From Octopus sinensis (lineage: Eukaryota): a stretch of 64,000 nucleotides of DNA. The translations under genes and the position numbers were made by a program. Shown here piece by piece: positions 57,146-64,000 of this stretch (within the stretch, counting starts at the first letter, position 1; each line of letters opens with the position of its first letter). Location of the stretch: positions 4,960,001-5,024,000 of the forward strand of contig NC_043004.1 in assembly GCF_006345805.1 (NCBI RefSeq), written 5' to 3'. The notes under the pieces are model-generated. The model worked only from the letters and a program-made list of their open reading frames with translations. It did no database searches and had not been told where the DNA came from.

Positions 57146-57247
57146 CTTTGAGTGTAAAGGAACTCCCACAGAAACATACGAACGGCTTGGAGTTATTATG
57201 CATGTGCATATGACCCTGAAGGTTATGGAGTCGACCAAACTCTTTAG
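57146..57247 (-). CDS. ZNF710: Internal coding exon of the ZNF710/ZNF366-like gene
   Basis: Acceptor tatttcag|CT, 102 nt, donor AAAG|gtatg. Phase 1 at both ends and in frame with both neighbours: (S)KEFGRLHNLQGHMHMHNNSKPFVCFCGSSFTLK(G). Confidence 0.92.
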
Positions 57248-57881
57248 CTGAAATAGATATACAAAAGAAAGTAAGAACATGAAGGATTAAGATAGAACTA
57301 TCAAAGACATAAACAGCTAAGTCAACTAAAATTGTTACAATTGCATTTCCCTCTATCCCTGTCTCTGTATATATACCACTCACCTCTCATGCTCTGATGA
57401 ACTTAATTATCCACCCATACCACATCTGTTACATTCACCACCCAGTAATCCCAGAGTACACCCTAATATCTTCTTCATTACCATCTTCTCTCTTTTGCCA
57501 ACTGACGTAGCCATTTATCTCCCCTGCAGCAAGACCCTGTTTTTTGTCCCCCTATTTATACTTTATCATTACCTGGCATAAAGCCACTTCCCTCAATACT
57601 ACACACACACACACACACAACTTCAATTGAAGGAGCTGTTCTTGCAAGTTACTTGGTGACCTTACTAGTGCCAGTACCATCTCAAAAGCACCCAGTACAC
57701 TCAGTAAAGTGATTGGCATTAGGAAGGGCATCCAACCACAGAAACTATGCCAAAACAGACATTAGAGCTTGATCCAGTCCCTGGCTCACTAGCTCCTGTC
57801 AAACCATCAAACTCATGCTAACATGGAAAACAAACATTAAATCATTATCATTATTATTACTATTACTATTATTATTATTAC

Positions 57882-57921
<40 letters not shown>

Positions 57922-58345
57922 GTAGACGTCACACAGTATATAATATCATGAGGTTGTTGATTAAAGATAACTGTGTCTATCAGGAGTTTGTAATGTCTGT
58001 CAAGTCACAACAAGGACCTCAGTCAGACAGTATTTAAAGCAATATGCATGCAGTTCCAAGTAATGCAGACTTTTGCAATACACCCAGATTGAAGGGTATT
58101 TCTGAAGTTTTCAGATGTTTTTTGCAGATTGGGTGGTATTGAGCCCAATGCTGCGATGACAATAGGAATAACCTTTATGTTTGACTCTCGTAGCTGCCAC
58201 ATCTTAGCGATCTCATTTCTCAGATCTCCATATTTATCAACCTTTTCTCTTTCTTTCATGGTGGTATGTTGATCTCCTGGCACTGCCATATCAATTATTA
58301 GGCACTCGTTTGTCCCTCCTAAAGGTTACTATATCCAACCTTCAG
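57922..58345 (-). mobile_element. 3' fragment of an R4/Dong-like LINE next to (TAA)n; second shorter copy at about 58405-58620
   Basis: LIIDMAVPGD..KEREKVDKYGDLRNEIAKMW..VIPIVIAALG (RLE C-terminus). The 3' end abuts (ATT)n at 57853-57920. Confidence 0.8.
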
Positions 58346-58628
58346 TGCTCTAATACATCATCATCACCACCACCACCATCACCATCATTATCACCATTAT
58401 TATTATAGACAGTATACAATATTGTGAGGTTGTTGATTGAAGATACTGTGCATACCAGGGGTTTGTACTGTTTGTCAAGTTACAACAAGGACCTCAGACA
58501 GACAGTACTTTATGCAATATGCATGAAGTTCCAAGTAATGCTGACTTTTGCAACACATCTAGATTGTGGGGTATCTCTAAGGTTTTCAGATGTTTCTTTC
58601 AGATTGGGTGATATTGAACCCATATTAT

Positions 58629-58687
<59 letters not shown>

Positions 58688-59144
58688 TTGCTCTAAAGGT
58701 AATGAGCTGGTAGAATTGTTAGCATGTCAGACAAAATGCATAATGGTATTTCATCCATCTTTACATTCTCAGTTCAAACTCTGCCAAGGTTGATTTTGCC
58801 TTTCATCCTTTCGAGGTCAACAAAAAAAGTACCAAATGCATACTAAGGTCAATGTAATCTCTCCTGCAAAATTCCAGGCCTTGTGCCTATAGTAGAAAGG
58901 ATTATTATTATCACCATCATCATCATCATCATTGTGATAACAAGCATGAAGATGTGCACCATCAGTGAATGAGGGGTGCTTGTTCTTTATCAACTTGGAG
59001 AGAAATTGATATGTAATTCTGAGAGGTCATATAGTTTAAGTTAATACAATGTAAACCCATTGAGTCATGTTCAAATTACATTGTAAGTGCTACATACTAT
59101 TGCTGCTCTAAAGAACATATTAGCTACTTCGGTATAATATGCCT

Positions 59145-59316
59145 ACTCTTTTACTCTTTACTTGTTTCAGTCATTTGATTGTGGCCATGCTGGAGCACTG
59201 CCTTTAGTCGAGCAAATCGATCCCAGGATTTATTCTTTCGCCGAACCGCTAAGTTACGGGAACGTAAAAACACCAGCATCGGTTGTCAAGCGATGTTTAG
59301 GGGCACAAACACACAC

Positions 59317-59361
<45 letters not shown>

Positions 59362-59527
59362 CACGACGGGTTTCTTTTAGTTTCTGTCTACCAAATCCAC
59401 TCACAAGGCTTTGGTCGGCCCGAGTCTATAGTAGAAGACACTTGCCCAAGGTGCCACGCAGTGAGACTGAACCTGGAACCATGTGGTTGGTAAGCAAGCT
59501 ACTTACCACATAGCCACTCCTACGCCT
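59145..59527 (-). mobile_element. SINE family B copy (intronic)
   Basis: Full length, with an (agtaaaag)-type tail at 59145-59162. Confidence 0.85.
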
Positions 59528-61536
59528 AGTACACATTTCTTCAATTTTTTTATCACAGTGCAGTACCAAATTCATTCGAGTAGTGTCCCAGCTAAACAAG
59601 GTCATTTATCTCTGGAAGCCTTACTCATCTTCATTGGAGAATTGTTGTTTTGCTATTGGCCTAATAACAATTTCACTAGAGCTTGGTATATGCTTGACCT
59701 TGTCGTCAGTGCTTTTCATTGTTGTCATAATTAAGATATGTATGTGACAGTCTGTCTCATGAATTCCGTTATTTTGGGACCCTCTGTTGGTATGTCAATT
59801 GAACTGTTGTCTCGCTATGACATTCAAAACCCTTACCACCGATTGTATTTATGACCACATCAACCTATATACAAGTATATTACAGTCTTAATGGCTGTGA
59901 TGACATCACTGGCAGGGATTTTCTGGTAATACTGCATGAGTTTAAATAATCTTTGGGTTAATATGATACAGCATTTTCATCGACATAACAATCCCCCACC
60001 AGTTATTGAAACAAGCATTACTGATAAATAAATGTGACACCTATATCTTTATTCTTTTGTTTGCTGTGTGTGGGGGGGGGTAATTTCTTGTGTGTGTGTC
60101 ACTACTACTGGTGTTAATCATACCTTTTCATACGTGTGTGTGTGTGTGTGTGTGTCTGTCTGTCTGGTCATCATCGTCATCATCATCTAATATCCATATT
60201 CCGAGCTGGCATGGGTTGGATGGTTTGACAGGATCTGCTGGGTCCAAGGTCTGCATCAGACTCTACAATCTGCTTTGGCATGATTTCTACAACTGGATGC
60301 CTTTCCTAATGTCAACCATTTTACTGGGTGCCTTTTTTGTGCCACTAGCACCAGTAAGCTCACCATGCAGCCCGCAAATCCACAAGATCCAAGGAGAAAG
60401 AGGGCATCTCTTTCGGCTAGGAGATGTGAGTTAAGTTATGAGTGAAGAGGGTGGGGCAAAGCAGGTTCCTGTTAAAGAGGAGCTCACATGGTTACTCCCA
60501 TTTAGGAGAGAGAGTGAAAATAAATCAGTAAAAGCTGCAAGTAGATAAATAGTAGCATCCTGGTGGTACCTCAGAGTACAAGGTGAGTAGAAGTGGAGAC
60601 AGAGAAACCGTGAGTATGCAAGAGTTGGGGGTCTGCAAGAGTGTATGACAGTAATAGGGGAAAGAGACAGAGAAAATGGGAGAAGGAGAAATTGGTAACA
60701 TATAGATTGGGTAGGGTTGAAGGGTGGCTGGAGAAAATGGATATGGGTGGAGGGATGGCCAATGGTGCATGAGATATGGAAAGTGAAGGGATGGAAGAAG
60801 AGAGTAATGATAACACAGTTGACAGGGAAGAGCACAAGAGAGAGGGGTAGGCTGCAGGAGAGGAGGGAGGGGAGAGAGAGAAAGGACAGAGAAAGAGAAA
60901 GAAAAAGAGAGAGAGAAAGGAGAGTGCAAAAAGGAGAGAGAAAGAGAGAGAGGATAAGAGGAATAGGGTAAGAGACGAGATAATTTGGTGGTCCAGTAGA
61001 ATGTGGGGAGGGAAGGACCAATGTAAAGTGTGGATGTAGGGAACAATATTAATGGATGAAGAATGGCGAACAAGTGAAATGGTTCAGGGTAGCAAGAAAG
61101 AAAAGGGATAACAGGGGCAGAAGAGACTTGCAATGGGAAAGATATAAGGGGAGGGTGATGCAAGGGGGCGATTGAATGAGTGAGGTGCTAATTGCATATT
61201 CATATATATAATATATACATTCACACAGTGCTACCAGAAGTCAGTTTTGCTATGGTAGACAGGTCTTCTCAAGAACCATGAATCACCCCCACCCCACACA
61301 CATACATACATACATACATACATACCATCATCATCATCATCATCATTTAACATCTAATTTTCCATACTGGGTTGGATGGCTTGACATGGAGTTGGCTAGC
61401 GGGGAGCTATCAAGACTCCAATTGTCTATTGTGATCTGGTTTCCATGGCTAGATGCTCTTCCTAGCACCAATCACTTAACAGAGTGTGCTGGGTGCTTTT
61501 TACGTACCACCAGCACAGGTGTGTTTACACAGTACT

Positions 61537-61622
61537 GGCACAGATGCGTTAACGCAGCCCTGGCACAGGTGCGTTAACGCAGCCCTGGCACAGGTGCGTT
61601 AACGCAGCCCTGGCACAGGTGC
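61537..61622. repeat. 25 bp tandem repeat, about 3.4 copies
   Basis: Unit tggcacaggtgcgttaacgcagccc, containing the palindrome tgcgttaacgca. Confidence 0.9.
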
Positions 61623-62505
61623 TTTTTAAGTAGCACTGGCACTTTCTCCCTTTTTTAATGGTATATTTGTTTTAAATTATTCAAAATAATGACAATACAA
61701 CATTCTGTAATTTTGTCATTTGAAAAAAAAAATATTGATATAAAACTGATTTCAAATTTTGGCACAATGGCAGCAATTTCAGGAGAGGGGAGGAGTCAAT
61801 TACACTGACTCCAGTGCTCAACTGGTACTTATTTTATTGACTCTGAAAGAATGAAAGACAGAGTCAACCTCAGTAGAATTCGAATTCAGAACATAAAGAC
61901 ATGCAATGCCACTAAGCATTTTTCCCAGCATGACATGAATATTGATGTAATATTGATTCTATCATGAGAGCAAGATAAAATGATGGAAGTGCAATAAGTA
62001 CAGTTAGTTTTTGTTCAATTCCTTTATCACAATGCTGTATGGCCTTTGTGTGAGTAAAAGGTAGAGTCATACAAAGTCTTTTACACCTGAAGCACTTTTT
62101 CACTTACATAACCAACCTCTCCACATCAAACTCCTGGCCTTGTTCATTACAAATGATCACATGATAATTGTAATTGGCCACATGACATACATAGCTAATA
62201 AATAATAAAAATTTGTATCACTACAACAACACAAATGTTTGCTCTGTACTCAAACAATAAATACCATTCACAGTTGAATGTTGAATGCCTGACATGAGAA
62301 AAGATATTTAACTTTGGAAATAAATATGACAACACATCAGGCAAACACCACATTTATCAAAATTACTCCACCCAAAGTTACCTTAAGAAAACAATTGCAA
62401 AATGAAAAAGAAACACTCACACATCCTATAAATCTTTACATTCAGATCTTAATTTAATTCTCCAACATCAAACTCAGCAAGTTTCTTCTACGTATTAATC
62501 TAAAT

Positions 62506-62761
62506 CATTGGTTCTCAGTCATTTTTTGTCTGTGGACCCCTTTGATTTCCATTTTACTCAGACTGACCCCCACAGCCATATGAAGTTTTAAAAAAGTCCC
62601 ATTATATTTTTAGAATTAAATATCACTAGAAGTTGTATTTAAAAAATTGTCAAAATATTTTGTGTATTGTAGAAATATAGTAATTTATTACAGATAAATT
62701 TTAACAACTAAATCTTATATGGACCCTCAAGGGTTATATGGACCCTTGCTGAGAACCTCTG
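62506..62761. mobile_element. hAT/Charlie-type MITE
   Basis: cattggttctcag ... ctgagaacctctg TIRs, with 8 bp TSD ATCTAAAT / ATCTAACT. Confidence 0.8.
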
Positions 62762-62862
62762 ATCTAACTGCTCTAGTTATGTTACATACATTTGCTACAG
62801 TGAGAAAGAGACTGTTTCTAGTTTGTAGTATACTAAACAACATAAAACATAAAAATACTTAC

Positions 62863-63097
62863 AGCAGAGATTGCAACGGTAAGGTTTTGAATCAGCATGG
62901 ACAACCATGTGGGCTTTGAGGGTTTGTGGTTGTGTGAACGTTTTGGAACATGTAAAACAGCGGAAAGCTCTCTCGGCATTATGGATAAGTAAATGCCGTT
63001 GCATATTGGCCTTCTGATTAAATGCTCGGCGACAAATTGGACATATAAATGGTTGTAGGCCAGTATGAGTGAATTGATGAGCTTTTAAATGGTGCTC
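62863..63097 (-). CDS. ZNF710: Internal coding exon of a C2H2 zinc-finger gene (ZNF710/ZNF366 family); upstream exons lie outside the window or were not recognised
   Basis: Minus strand: acceptor ttcttgtag|GAG, 235 nt encoding EHHLKAHQFTHTGLQPFICPICRRAFNQKANMQRHLLIHNAERAFRCFTCSKTFTQPQTLKAHMVVHADSKPYRCNLC plus 1 nt, donor |gtaagt. Finger helices (HHLKxH, ANMxRH, QTLKxHM) match my recollection of the C-terminal ZNF710/ZNF366 fingers. The symbol is a family-level call. Confidence 0.9.
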
Positions 63098-64000
63098 CTA
63101 CAAGAAATAGGTTTATCAAAATTAATATCAATATTTAAATATAAATGCCATGTACATAAAATTCATTTACAACAAAATAGAATACCATATTTATTCATGC
63201 ATACATTACACCCCTAATTTAATGTTAAATCTTAGAACAAATTTTTTCCTTCATAGTTTTAGATTTGCCATGTGTATAAGTCTTGACCCCAGGTTTTTCA
63301 GTTAAAATCAAGAAATAGTGTGACTTATACATGAGTAAATATGGTAATATTTAACCTTAAATAACAATTCTAATGAAAATTCAAATGACAGTGAGAAAAT
63401 TGGCAAAAACTGCTGAAAGAAATTAGAATGCAGAAAAAAATATCAAACATGGAATTTAAGATTTATATATAATTTCAAAAGAATTATTCTTAAAAAATAA
63501 ATACTAAAATTGTTGGCTATTTTACATAAATAACCTCATAAAGAAATGTAAGTGAAGCAATAATTTTCATCTTGAAATAAATATGTTAGGTTTGAGTGGA
63601 ATAGAGCAAGCCAGAGACAGTAGTCAGTTAAAAGACAGCTCAATAGGGTGACCAGTATCTGATGGCAGTTAACAAGTTTAGATAAGCAGATTTCATTATA
63701 TATATATATATATATATATGTGTGTCCTGTCAGAAATATTTGAGTGTCCTATAAAGCTAAGATAAATATTTTCAAATCATTTGTATGGTGGCCATTTTGA
63801 ATTAGTCTGACTTATTTCAGCACAAACAGGTGTTACTGCTTATATAAACACTATATAGAGACAGGGGAACTATAGTTGTTTGACATATTATTATTGCTCA
63901 AGTTTATTAACGTTGGACCATTAAATAATATCTTCCTCATTCATATCTGCTTCTGAAACAATGAGTCGGAAGTTTTGTTATTCTTTCAGTGATGCTACCA

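Noticed and set aside
60431-61163. 196 and 212 aa ORFs
   Set aside because: Purine/pyrimidine-skewed low-complexity sequence with no domain or splice support.

Overview
AT-rich eukaryotic genomic DNA, very probably from an octopod cephalopod (inferred from recalled octopus-type SINE sequences and huge TA/CA microsatellite fields). One host gene is supported: the 3' part of a minus-strand spliced C2H2 zinc-finger gene of the ZNF710/ZNF366 family (exons 63097-62863, 57247-57146, 55607-54361). The rest is repeats: several tRNA-derived SINE families (including a head-to-tail array at 25.6-28.1 kb), R4/Dong-like and CR1-like LINE fragments, mariner/Tc1/hAT remnants and MITEs. Almost all ORFs in the supplied track are microsatellite artefacts. 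The main observation is a set of mutually dissimilar 200-800 bp non-coding elements, mostly embedded in (TA)n tracts, that carry type I hammerhead ribozyme motifs: five with an intact core, one near-canonical and about six decayed or variant. They show tandem, inverted and circularly permuted copies, as expected for Penelope-like pLTR fragments or retrozyme-like elements. All folds were paired by eye and repeat boundaries are approximate.
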